DNA from: Paraspadella gotoi
Taxonomy: Eukaryota; Animalia; Chaetognatha
DNA: 64,000 bases
Direction of reading: 5' to 3'
Assembly (NCBI GenBank): GCA_051294375.1
Contig: CM119263.1
Location: forward strand, 16,346,532 to 16,410,531
In this document: piece by piece, positions 34,776 to 47,721 of the stretch
Layout: each line of letters starts with the position of its first letter
How positions within the stretch are numbered: the stretch's first letter is position 1
The notes under the pieces: model-generated
What the model saw: only the letters and a program-made list of their open reading frames with translations
Told to the model about the DNA's origin: nothing
Databases searched by the model: none
Translations under genes and position numbers: made by a program

Positions 34776-37700
34776 ATTTTAGCTAATGCTTACAGATAGA
34801 ACCGCGGAGAAGAGAGAAGAGCGAATGTAATGAATTCAGGAAAAGATGATTACGAGATTGGCGGAGGAAAAAGAGATGAGAGGAATCGAAAAAGGAGGAA
34901 AGAAAAAAAAGAAAAGGCCACACGCCACCTAATGTTGATGATAGAGGGAACCAGAGAGTTGATAGAGGAAAAGGAAAGGAGAAAATAAAATTGAGAAAAA
35001 ATCGTTTGAAGCGAAAATAAATAGGAGAGAAAAATCAAGAGGCGAAGGAAAAGGTAACCGTAGATGTAAATTTTGGTGTGATAAGAAAAATGAACGGAAG
35101 GACAAATAATTTGTCAAATTAGTAGAAACGAAAATCGACGACGAAGGGGAAAAAGGAAGAGGAGACGGAAAACGAGAAAGTCAACAACTTGAAGATGGTA
35201 ATCAAGAGAATGTGGCAAAGTGAAAAGCAGACGATAAAGATTGGAAAGAGAAGAAGCCCAAAAAAAAAGATGGCGGTGAGAAAAAGATTATCCAAATATC
35301 CGGCAGGTGTCCGGCAGGTGTCCGGCAGGTGCACTCCTTGTCACCAGAAGTTTAAAAATTCTCAAAAATTATCGCTTGTCTAATGGAAAAACATCACTAA
35401 CTACAACGACAACAACTTATTGCTCTCTCGTATTCCTCTATAATTTATCGATCTTTTCTCTCAACTTCGCCAATTCGATCGTCCATTTCTCTTTCCTCAT
35501 CAGTTTTTCTTCTACTCCTTTTTCACTCCGCTCCGCTTCCACTCCCCTTCCAACCGCTTCGCAGCATTCGCCGTCGAAGCAAATAACGAAGATAGGGACG
35601 ACCTCCTAGGGTTGGCGTTCGGGATTTCACACTAGATTTTTCCCTATGCTTTACAATTATCAAAGAAAGGACCGTTTTCCTGATGTTATAACAAACCAAT
35701 CCGAGTAATATAAATTGAAGGTGCAGTATGGAACATAAGAACAACACTGTAAGTCACACTTCTACGTTCGACTTCGGTTTTTTCCCCCTGCCTGCAAATG
35801 CGTGTCCAAGTATAAAATTTTGGGCAAAATTTTACTTTCACCGACCGGGGTTTTGGCGTCTTTTGAAAAACCACTTAAAAATATTTATTTTTAAAAAGAA
35901 AAATAATTTTTACTTAATTACCCTAACAACCCCAAACCCTAAACCACCCCTAAACTACCCTTAACACCGGATATTGTGAAATAATTGTTTGCCCCGTTGA
36001 ATGGGTTCCTTCAATAAAGAATTTGAATTCAAATTGAAGTTGAAAAAATAAAAGATGAAAGAATAAAAGAATGCTTAGAATATAAATAAGCCAGAAGAGA
36101 AGTATTAATGCTTATAAATTAAAAAAAAAAAATAGCTTACTTGAAAGTATACATGACGCGCTTGTTAAAAGGATTCTCATGTAGCCAAAAGACGTGACTG
36201 AACGCGCGTTGTTATGACACAAATGGTTTTCGCTGTTTAACGAAACTCAAAGCGAATTACCCGGTGAAAAACGCGCTAACAGAAACGCGCTGTAGTTCAT
36301 AACGAAAAAGGAAAGTTGCCTTTCGCGAGATAAAAAGGGCGCCTAACCGCGGCGGCCACAAGTCGGTCGAAGCTTAACGATGATCCCCGGCGCTGGTCTT
36401 TTCGAACCAGGATGTAATCCTTTTCGCGCGGCGCCGCTGAGACCAGTCCCGGATGTAATAATCCCTGCTCCACTTTGACCGCATGTGTTGGTTCTTCCGC
36501 GAAAAAAAAGAGAAAGGGGGTCTCAGAGTCGTGTATCAAACTTCCTTAGCTCCGCCGTCGTTGCTGGGTGCGACTTTGATCTTATTCGCTATTAAAAAAA
36601 AGACAATAATTAAATAATAAATTATAGACTTATGCGGGAAACAGGCTATTTCGATATGCCAAAGGGAAAAAAAATGGAACAAATGTAAAAATCTCGAAAT
36701 GCTGGATCACACATTTTTCCACGTTATCAATATTTTTTTAACTTTTCACAGACTTGTGAAGTGATAAGTTATAGGACACAAGGCTTCTTGAAATAAAAAT
36801 TCTCGGGACGGATGGCTTGCTTGCGTTATTATTAGTTGCCAAGAGAGTGATTTCTCTCGGATATTCACCAAAAATAAGTGCGGCGTTGGAGAAACGTTTC
36901 ACTGTGCACTCCGCTGCGTCATTTCGTATTGTGTTGCCCCACCACCCGCTTGCCCTAAATCACAAGGACGTTACAAACAGCAAAGAGGCCTTGGTTCGAA
37001 GTCGCAAAAAATCGAACCAAAGCGACGGGGGTCGATATTGAAAGCGGCAGGAAAAAAAAAGGTTTATATCCCGCCACGAGGGGCTCTGTCGTCAGCCATT
37101 TCGTTGACGGCCAAACAAAAGACCTGACGACGACAGACGAAGTCAACAAAAGGGAAAAAAATCAAGTCGTGAGTAGCGTAAGTCTGGAAGTGAATGAGGT
37201 GATTCACTGGGGGTCTAGATCGCGAATAAGTTGGTATGAATAAGTATCGATAAGTAAAGTTGCAAACCGTTGAGGGCGTGAAAGCTTTTTGGATCACGAC
37301 CCTTACGTTTGTTTCACGCTCGATGGTGAACCGGCAGTTGTATTAAGGGTAACGGATGTTCGGCTCCTGACACAATATTTTTAGTACACGCGGAAAAAAG
37401 GTAAAATCCATCTACACCTGAAAATGGTTACTACTTACTATATTTATAAATTTTTGGGGGGGTTCATAATCACCCACCCTTACTTGCCTAAGTCTCCACT
37501 CTCGACCGCTCCGATAAAGCAAGAAGCGCTTCCTTCGCCGCTCCACAAAGCAATTCGCTCGCCACTCCTTTTGATTGCTCCCTTCCCCTTTTCGATGGAA
37601 GCGAAGCAATGATCCGCGTCGAGTATGATCCCTCCTCGCGAATTCGGCGCCCAGTTCATTGCTCGACTCTTCGCTCCGGCGGCGAATTGGTCGCTGCCAA

Positions 37701-39175
37701 ATTGAGGCGCCGCCTCCACTTGGCGGTGAGGCCTTTTTTTCTCTTTGTTCACGCGTGGATAACCATTTCCGGTTTCATCGCTTAACAGCGCCGCCATTTT
37801 TGCGACGAAGCCAACCGAGACGAGGGTCATCCGAGGCGATTCGGCGGCGTCGCCGTCATCATTAGCGGCCGGCGCCGTTTCGCCGACCACGAGAATCCAT
37901 TTCTCGGCCGTCGTTACTGCTACGGCTACCGCGCCGCCTCAGCCGCCGCCTCGCGGTCAATTTTTTTCTATTCGCCCTTTTTACTCCATTTCTTCGATGG
38001 GATCGTTTTTGGATTGAAGATTTATTCGGCTGGTTTACGACTGTATTTGAAAGAGGGCATACGGTGGTAAGAATTATAATTATATTAGGTTTCGTAAGGA
38101 TAGTATTGTGAGGTCGAAATCCAGGCCAAAATAAGAGATAAATCTTTTTTTCACGAATCCGAGTGAAGCCATCCAGTTCTTAAATTTAAAAAGGGTTTTA
38201 AAAAAGATACACCGAATATTTTAATGCTTTATCCTTAAGGGACGTAATCATGAATCGCTCACGCGCGAAATCGTGAGACCTCATTTTTCGCTGAGTTTTG
38301 CAGATTTTGCGCCGAAGCGGAAATGCCCGATCCCCTTAAAAACGTTTTTCCTCTCATGAAAAAAATATAATTTCTTTCAGTTTTACTTAAATGAGTACAT
38401 AAAATTCGTTTCAAAATTAGATCACCGCTGTTATTATTTAACCTTGAAAAAAAAATTATATATTAAATATTAAATTCTTTTCATCTGAAGCGAAGGCCCG
38501 GGTTTTCGCTCGAAATCGAATGATTTTGAAAAAAAAAAATATCATTGTTATTTGACCTTGTTCGACTAAGTGAGAAAAGGACACAGTTAAAATATTTTTT
38601 TTAAAGTTTGTTTTTAAACGTAAGAGATTCGCTGAGTTCGCTCTCTGAAATTCTCTAAATTATTAATCCGATAGAAAATGTTTTCCCACTTGTACGAGAA
38701 AGGAGATACGAAAGGATTCTGTCTCCTCCAATGGACCAAATAAGGCCGCCGCCGGATTTTTAAGAACGACGGAAATACGACACGTTATTACTATAATCAT
38801 ATGTTAAATAATTTTATCTTTATAACGGTTGCGTGTGAAGAGTCTTCCTTTATTGACCTCGCGGCTAAAATTCTAATTGTAATTCGATTTTAACTCATTT
38901 TTTAGGAGTTATGAATTCGAAGAAAAAAAATTGAAAAATTTAAGATACGGTAGTATCTTTTTAATTATTCCGAAAGTTACCATTTGATTTCATTACATTT
39001 CCGGGATTCGACTAAATTCCATCGGATTCCGTTAGCTTTTTCCGGATTCCATCGGATTCAGTCGGATTCTCGATTGGGAGACTTTTCCACCCCAGAGGGA
39101 ACGCTGGCCTCTTTCGGCCGCGGCGGCGGGAGGGAAAATGCAGCGGCGGTAGCTGCAAGCAGCGGTGGCGGCTCG

Positions 39176-39410
39176 GGGGGGGGGGGCAGTTCCCGCGAGA
39201 TGCGACGCGGAAACGAGGATTCGTAAATCAAAATATCTTCGAAATGATAAAAATATTGGCGGGAGGGAAAAAGAGGGGAGGAGTGCGGATTGTTCAAAAG
39301 TCCTCAAATACCCGGATTTCGCAGCCTTTTGTACGCCGAGGAAAACGTGAGCGGGAGGAATTGGTCATCGTTGAGGTGGAAGTGGGGCCCTTTTTGTTGG
39401 GGCGTTTGCA

Positions 39411-39495
<85 letters not shown>

Positions 39496-40121
39496 AAAGA
39501 AAGTGGCGCGCACCAGTTAACGACGTCGTTACACGTCAGGTATAGCGGCGCTCTTTAATTTACGCCGGCGTGTTTTTATTCCAGCGCCGGGGAATCACGA
39601 CGCCGCCGTTTTGCCGACGACGTTGTCGGAAAACCGTAAAGACGCCTCGTCCTCGCGTCGTCATCGTCGTAGAATACACTGATATTTTTACCCCACTTTC
39701 AGCTCTCGTCGTCGTCGTCGTCGTCCGGTCGCGACTGTCCGCTCCGCGATTTTATCTCACCATAAATTTTTTTTTTAGTGTTAATGGCACTGATTGATGC
39801 GGAAGCGTCGAAAACCCAGAAAAAAAAAGGAAAAAGAGAAACAGTTTTCGTGTTCGACGCCAAGAAAGGTCGGAGGGCGAGAGAAGAAGGCAGGAAGGAA
39901 TGGGGGTGACGTGGGGAAAAGGTTGGGGACGGGAAAAAGAGGGAAGAGGCGGCGGGAAAGGAAAGGAGTGAGGCTATGACCATAGCTTAGACATAGCCCT
40001 AATGTGAAGTGAGGCGAGAAAGGAAGAGAGGGAAGGCACGGAACTGTAACACGATTTGCAATGCCGTCGACGAAAAGAACGCATCTCTCCTCTCTCTGCT
40101 CTCCTCCTCGCTCTCATCTCG

Positions 40122-40154
<33 letters not shown>

Positions 40155-40853
40155 CTCCTCTCTCTCTCTCTCTTCTTCAGCCGCTTAATTATTACAAAGC
40201 GAAAAACCATTAAAAATTAACAGCGATGCTGAAGAATACACGACGTCAAAGTCAGCAATTATAAAGGAAAAAAAAATCCGAATAATGCGGTTAAACAAAT
40301 CAACTAATCTTTTCATTAAGATATGGGCACAGGAGGGGAAAATAAATTTAACCGATTACAAGGTTGAAGATTTTGATTTCGTAACGCTTTCTGCGAAGGT
40401 TTGCTGTTGCGCTTGTTGTGTGTTGTCGTCGTCGTTGACTGAGTTTAAAAACGTTTGCGGAGTTTTTTTTTTTATGCCCGCACGCAAGCCAATGTTCCTT
40501 TGGGGGTCGATTTATGTCGGTTTGCCTGTCCGGCAAAAAGGCAGATTCCTTCCCGAGTTTGCATTAGCGAGAGTTGTACGNNNNNNNNNNNNNNNNNNNN
40601 NNNNNGGGGGGGGGGGCAGTTCCCGCGAGATGAGCGACGCGGAAACGAGGATTCGTAAATCAAAATATCTTCGAAATGATAAAAATATTGGCGGGAGGGA
40701 AAAAGAGGGGAGGAGTGCGGATTGTTCAAAAGTCTCAAAATACCCGGATTTCGCAGCCTTTGTACGCGAGGAAAACGTGAGCGGGAGGAATTGGTCAATA
40801 CGTTGAAGGGTTGGAAGTGGGCGCCCTTCTTTGATTGGCGCGTTGCACCAATA

Positions 40854-40950
<97 letters not shown>

Positions 40951-41527
40951 AAGTGGCGACGCACCAGTTAACGACGTCGTTACACGTCAGGTATAGCGGC
41001 GCTCTTTATTACGCCGGCGTGTTTTTATTCCAGCGCCGGGGAATCACGACGCCGCCGTTTTGCCGACGACGTTGTCGGGAAAACCGTAAAAGACGCCTCG
41101 TCCTCGTCGTCGTCATCGTCGTAGAATACACTGATATTTTTACCCACTTTCAGCTCTCGTCGTCGTCGTCGTCGTCGTCGCGACTGTCCGCCCGATTTTT
41201 ATCTCACCCATAAATTTTTTTTTTAGTTTAATGCATATTGATGCGGAAGACGTCGAAAACCCAGGAAAAAAAAAGGAGAAAAGAGGAAAAGGATTTTTCT
41301 GTGTTCGACGCCAAGAAAGGTCGGAAGGCGAGAGAAGAAGGCAGGAAGGAAATAGGGGGGGCGGTGGGGAAAAGGTGGGGACGGGAAAAAGAGGGAGAGG
41401 CGGCGAAAGGAAAGGAGTGAGGGCTATGACATAGCCTAGACATAGCCTATGTGAAGTGAGGGAGAAAGGAAGAGAGGGAAGGCACGGAACTGTAACAGCG
41501 ATTGCATGCCGTCGACGAAAAGACGCA

Positions 41528-41584
<57 letters not shown>

Positions 41585-41990
41585 TCTCTCTCTCCTCTCC
41601 TCTCTCTCAGCTCGCTTAATTATTACAAAGCGAAAACCATTAAAAATTAACGATGCTGAAGAATACGACGTCAAGTCAGAATTATAAAAGGAAAAAAAAA
41701 TCCGATAATCGGTTAAACAAATCAAACTAATCTTGTTCATTAAGATATGGGGAAGGACGGGGAAAATAAATTTAAACCGATTACAAGGTTTGAAGATTTG
41801 ATTTCGTACGTTTCTGCGAAGGTTTGCTGTTGCGTTGTTGTTGTTGTCGTCGTCGTTGACTTTGAGTTTAACCGTTTCGGGTTTTTTTTTTATCCCGCAC
41901 CGAAGCCAATTTTCTTTGGGGTCGATTTATGTCGGTTTGCCTGTCGGCAAAAAAGGCTAGATTCACTTCCGAGTATTTCATTAGAGCGAA
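39176..41990 (+). repeat. ~1.4-kb direct duplication either side of an N gap (39176-40580 vs 40606-41990)
   Basis: The copies differ mainly by homopolymer and indel noise, which suggests an assembly artefact. Confidence 0.75.
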
Positions 41991-42170
41991 AGATTGAAAC
42001 GACAATGTGGACGTCGCCGCCGAAAGATAAAAAAAAACAAACAAAAAAACAAAACAAAAGAAAACAAAAAAGCATCAAGGCTAACTTTAAATGATAAAAA
42101 TTGCTATTGAACAAAAATGAACGACGGAATAGTTTGAAATATTAATTTGAGCGGAAGATTATTTGATAAA

Positions 42171-42246
<76 letters not shown>

Positions 42247-45200
42247 AGGCAAAAGACGCGCGCAGAAGTTGTGACGACGAATTTGTCCAGTGACGAATAT
42301 GGGGCTGAGCGTTGCTAGGCGACGCGGACGTGAGGAGGAGGAAGATGAGGAGGAAGAGGATGAGGTGTTAAGGAAGGAGCAGGAAGATGAGGAGGAAAAT
42401 ATTTGAAGGAGAAAAAGGAGGAAGAGGAAGAGAAAAACCGGGAAAAAAATATGTGGAGTTGAGACGGGGAACAAAAAGAAAACGAAAAGAAAGTAGGTGG
42501 TAGAGAGAGGAAAAGAAATTGAAGGAAAACAGAAATAGAAATATAGAAGAAATAAAAATAAAGTTGTGAAAAGAGGAAAGAAAAGAAAAGATGACAGAAA
42601 AGTGAGGAGGGGATAAAGAAGGCAGAGAAAGGCGGAATCCTAACGAGAAATTGGATCTGTGGAGAGAGAGGGAGAGAGAGAGAGAGAGAGAGAAAGAGAC
42701 AGAGAGAGAAGGTCATTGTAATTTTTAGCGAGAGATTGTACATTAGATACTGTAGATTCTTAAGTGGATGGTAAGATGGTGACACTGAGGACAGTGATTA
42801 AGGATGAATAGAATTATAAACAGGAGAGGGATTGAAGAAAATAAAAAAGCGAAAAGACTACGCCGACGGTGACAAAAAAGGGAGGAAAGAAAAGAAGAAG
42901 AAAAGAAATGAAGGAAACGAAGCGAGAGGAAAGGATGGACAAAGTGACGAGGAATTCGAGCGAGAACTGAGAGGGAAGAAGAAGGAAGAGAAAGACTTTT
43001 TTAATTAATCCATAAAAATGGGATAAACAGTTTGATGAGGACGAGTTGATTAATTCACCTGCACTTGCAAGGTAAAGAGAAAGGAAAAAGAGAGAGAGAG
43101 AGAGAAATCCCATTTGTCTTATTTTCCTTGCAGAGTGGAGGTGATTTTCCCGAGATACAAAGACAAAAAAAAACCTCTTTATTCTTCGGCCTCGAAGAAA
43201 AGAAGGGAAAAGAAAAAAAAATGGAAAGAAAATACGAGGGAGTCCTGAGTCACAACCGAAGGTGAGTCGACAAAAAAAAAACGATGACAACAACAGAGAT
43301 CGATGGCAGCGACTGGAGCGACGAAGACGGCGAAGTTCGGAATGACCGAAACAGAGAAAAAACATTTACAAAGTTGGGGACACAAAAAAGGAAAGACGAC
43401 GACGACCAACGTCGATGACAAAGACGACGACGACAAAGACAAGTTAGCGCTACTAAGCTTGTAAGGAACCCTTCGGTAGATATACTTGAGCGAAAAAGAA
43501 TAGTCCTAAACAACGCGGTAAAATATGTCGCCAAAGTTGAGGAGATAAATGGCGATCGGACGTCGGCATCGAAGACGAACGATGGATTCCGAGAGACCTT
43601 TAGGAATTAACTCTACAATTACTGTTATTCACGGCCCGGAAAAGTAATTGCAAGTGGCAGACACTATTAAGAGTTACTGAATAATGGTGGATGCGATTCA
43701 TAAGTCTAATAAAAAAATGAGCGCTCAAATTATGATCAAAAAATGAGTAGCGGTAAGTGAACTGACTTTCTTCCCTGTGGAGTTGAATGACTCCCGATGG
43801 AGAATAAACGAGGAAATTAAGGGAGCGAACGATGGCCGAAAGGCGCCAATTTTCAAATCGGATCCGCGGATAAAAAATCGACATGAAAAAAAGGGCAATG
43901 TTTGGTAAGGATTTTTATATTGGTCAAAAATCAAGAAAATCGGCGAAGTTTCCCTCAATTTTCGTGGATCCGTCAAAAAACGGACCCAATGATGTTCAAA
44001 GGATATGAAGAAAAAAGGTTGATAAGATGAAAAAGGATCAAGTTTGAACAAACAAACAAACAAACAATCTGTATAATTTATCATAATTTGATGTTCTGAC
44101 ATGATTTAGGTTAATTACCGACAAGATTTGGGTGGACCGACGGACCGACAAAATTAATTATAAAACCGGAATCTGCTGCAAGCAGATCCGGCTAAAAAAG
44201 GTAAAAAAAAAGAAAAACCTTGAAAAGAGATATTTTAGAAAAGATTCTAGGCATATGTAAGTAAATATTCTAATGAAAAAAGTTTAAGTAAAAGGAATTA
44301 GGCCGAAAAACATCGACTGAAAATAGTAAAAATATCATTTTAAAAAGATTGATTTTTTAACTTTGTGACGTTTTTTTTCACGTACCATCTTCTTCACCTT
44401 CTTATTCCGATGCTCCATTGCTGCAGCCTCTTTTTTTTATTTTTCTAGTTCCTTTCCTCTCTGAAATCGAAATAGCGATCCAGAGAATCACAATTGCACA
44501 TTCTCAAAATCGCAATCAAGCCTCTAAGTCTTAACAAGGGAAAATAAAATCGAATAATGAAAGGAGTCGAAGGAGAAAAATTATTACAAACCACGGGTAA
44601 TGAAAAAGTAATAAATTTAAACGAAAAAAAAAAAAAACCCCAACGGACGATCGTTTTTATATCATCGAATGTTTGTCAATACGATCGTCATCGTAGTTAA
44701 TCCATCGGCGCCAAAAATGAGTTATGTTCAAGACGTCATCGGATGAAAATGAAGATGACGACGAAGCCGCCATCTTATTTGTACTCAAAACAAAGAAAAT
44801 GATGGAATGATCACGAATCACGACTCGAATTAAATGTCATCTTCTTGTCAACGTGTTTTTTCCGTTAAGCAGACGTGAAAAAATGATGCAAATTGAAAAA
44901 ATGATGTGAGTTGAAAAAATGATGCTAGTCAAAAAAATAATGCGAGTTGAAAAAATGATGCGAGTTGAAAAAATCATGCGAGTTTAAAAATGATTCAATT
45001 TGAAAAAAAAATACTAGTCAAATAAATTATTTGTACCATAGTAACAGTTCACTTTAATCCTTTGCAAGCGATTTACATGTATTGGCGCAGCTACTGGTTT
45101 GGTATGGTACGATCTGTTATGATCAGTTAGGATCGCAAATTAAAAGAATTATCGTGATTTATCATCTGATTAGCAGATTACTGCTTAATTATCGTAGGCG

Positions 45201-45408
45201 GATCCGACATTGTTTGTTCAAACTTGTTAAAAAAAAATATAAAAAGAGTATTCCGGAGAAAACTGTGAATAAGAATAAATATAAGGAAGATAAAGCTCCG
45301 CTAGAAATGGTTTCGACCTTGATTCCGGTTGATGGTTAAAGAGACATTCGTCTTCGTCGAATTATCAATTTTTTTCTCTTCCTCTGACCGTCAATTCTGG
45401 TCTAAAAC

Positions 45409-45475
<67 letters not shown>

Positions 45476-45487
45476 AAAAGTTGATAT

Positions 45488-46508
45488 TCAATCTCGTCTG
45501 CCCGTTAAAGTAAAGTTTCTACTGCAAAAAATATATGAAATTGGTACAACCAATATAAAAATTATCCATTTCATTTAATAAATAAGCTATCTTGCCCCCT
45601 GACTCTTGGGGACAGTCTTGGTGGTTTAAGCGCCTCCATCCACTCTTACAAGATAATGACATAGCAGGTCGCTGCAAGCTTTCAATCAAGATCTCTCACA
45701 GTCTCGTTTATTCACTCCCAGAGTTCCTGGCTTCCCTATCAATGAAGTGGTATAATATTTCAAAGAATGTTTCAATTGTATGAAAAGACCACTCCCTAAA
45801 GTATTAGATCGGGGAATACTTATTGTACTCCGCACTAGCATCAAAATACAAGGAGCTGAATTTTATGAAATTGGTACAACCATATATAAAAATTATCCAT
45901 TCATTTAATAAATAAGCTATCTTGCCCCTGACTTTGGACAGGCTTTGGTGGTTTAAGGCCTCCATCACTCTTACAAGATAATGACATAGCAGGTCGCTGC
46001 AAGCTTTCAATCAAGACTCTCTCACAGTCTCGTTTATTCACTCCCAGAGTTCCTGGCTTCCCTATCAATGAAGTGGTATAATATTTCAAAGAATGTTTCA
46101 ATTGTATGAAAAGACCACTCCCTTAAGTATTAGATCGGGGAATACTTATTGTACTCCGCACTAGCATCAAAATACAAGGAGCTGAATTTTATGAAATTGC
46201 GTACAACCAATATAAAAATTATCCATTCATTTAATAAATAAGCTATCTTGCCCCTGACTTTGGACAGGCTTTGGTGGTTTGAAGGCCATCCATCACTCTT
46301 ACAAGATAATGACATAGCAGGTCGCTGCAAGCTTTCAATTATGTTATTATTCAAATATGTTATTTTCTATGCCTCAAGGTGTCGCGCGTTCAAGACGTCG
46401 CCCGTTTAAAGAGTACGACGAGAGTCTTTTGGATAATATTCGTTTTATTAGTATTAATATCATCAAAAAACCCGTAGAAACTTTACTTTAACGGGCAGAC
46501 GAGATTGA
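45488..46508. mobile_element. TIR element containing ~2.5 tandem copies of a ~325-bp unit
   Basis: TCAATCTCGTCTGCCCGTTAAAGTAAAGTTTCTAC at the left end and its exact reverse complement at the right end. Internal units start at ~45535, ~45864 and ~46190. Unit fragments also occur at 9028-9090 (-) and 58548-58645. Confidence 0.75.
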
Positions 46509-47666
46509 TTAACAAAATCTTATTAAGTCAGCCTACAAGTAAATAGTAACCTTAAAAGGTCGGGTTCAATCACTAAAAATTATGTGGTCATTTGAAGTTG
46601 ACCGACGGAAAAGGAGAGAGGCGAAGCATATTATTTTTCTTCACCCGCCCTATCGCCACTATCTTTCTATATTTTTCTTTCTGCTTTCTCCTTTCACATT
46701 TGGAAATGTCGATGAACCCCATAAGAAATGAAACCAAAAAAAAAAATATATCGAATATGAGGATTTTTTTAAAAGGAAGATTCATACAGTTGTTCACGTT
46801 TAGAAAAACCCTGTCTTAAGCAAAGGCGAGTATGAAAAAGTTAACAATTTTTAGGTGGGAAAATCACCGAGTAATTACAGTCATAGTTTTATTCAAAACT
46901 CAAACAGCTTTTAAAACGAAAGAAATTTCTTTATCCAAATATGAGTTATGACCAGAATAAAAAAAAAGATGGAATTCAAGGTGGAATAAAATATCGGTGA
47001 AATATTAAAGGAGGCGAAAATGGTTCCGTAAAAAGCGTCTTGTTTTATGCAGGAGTTTTGAAAGCTGGGGTATTTTTTATTTTTTTGATTTGAATTGACA
47101 ATGTTTTTTTTTAGTTATAGATTTCTAAATTTTTAAAAATGTGTATCGACCAAAAATGGTTTCCTCCCATCGATGCGAAGTTAAGTTAATAAAGCCGAAC
47201 AGGAAAATATTTTTTCAAAGACACAAGGTTCCAAATATTTTACTCTAACTTCCCCACTTCACCAATTTTCACTGGAGTCACACAATAGAACGTTGGCCTC
47301 CCTCGGCGTGAAAGCGTCGGAAAAAACCCCATGGCTTTGACCCTGGAACTAGTAGAGATAGCTAAGGATCTCTCTCTCGGTAAGACCCCGCCGGGGGCTC
47401 GCTTTTTTGTTTAAAGTATTGTCATGTTAGGATACCCTAGTAATTTTTTTTTAAATACCCTAGTATTTTTTTAAAATTAAATTACTTTGATACTTTTACA
47501 AATCGATAGATTTTAAGTATAAAGTTAAGCGGTAGGACCCCGCCGGGGGCGCGCACAAAGTTTTATTTGGCGGTAAGACCCCAAGGAGGGCCCGCAAAAT
47601 AGGATCGCCCTAAGGGCTGTTTCTCCTCATCCCGGGCGTTTTTAGTAATATCTTATCATCATCATC

Positions 47667-47721
<55 letters not shown>

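Noticed and set aside
36335-36400. Twister-ribozyme-like string cgcctaaccgcggcggccacaagtc
   Set aside because: I could not find the closing P2/P1 strands or the conserved 3' GAG element.
39176-41990. Tandem segmental duplication (also 62940-63135 vs 63812-64000)
   Set aside because: Both pairs straddle N gaps and differ by indel-type noise. Unmerged overlapping contig ends are the more likely explanation.
43447-43610. About 50 open codons (ATKLVRNPSVDILERKRIVLNNAVKY...) after a TAG
   Set aside because: There is no polypyrimidine tract, no recognisable domain and no partner exons.
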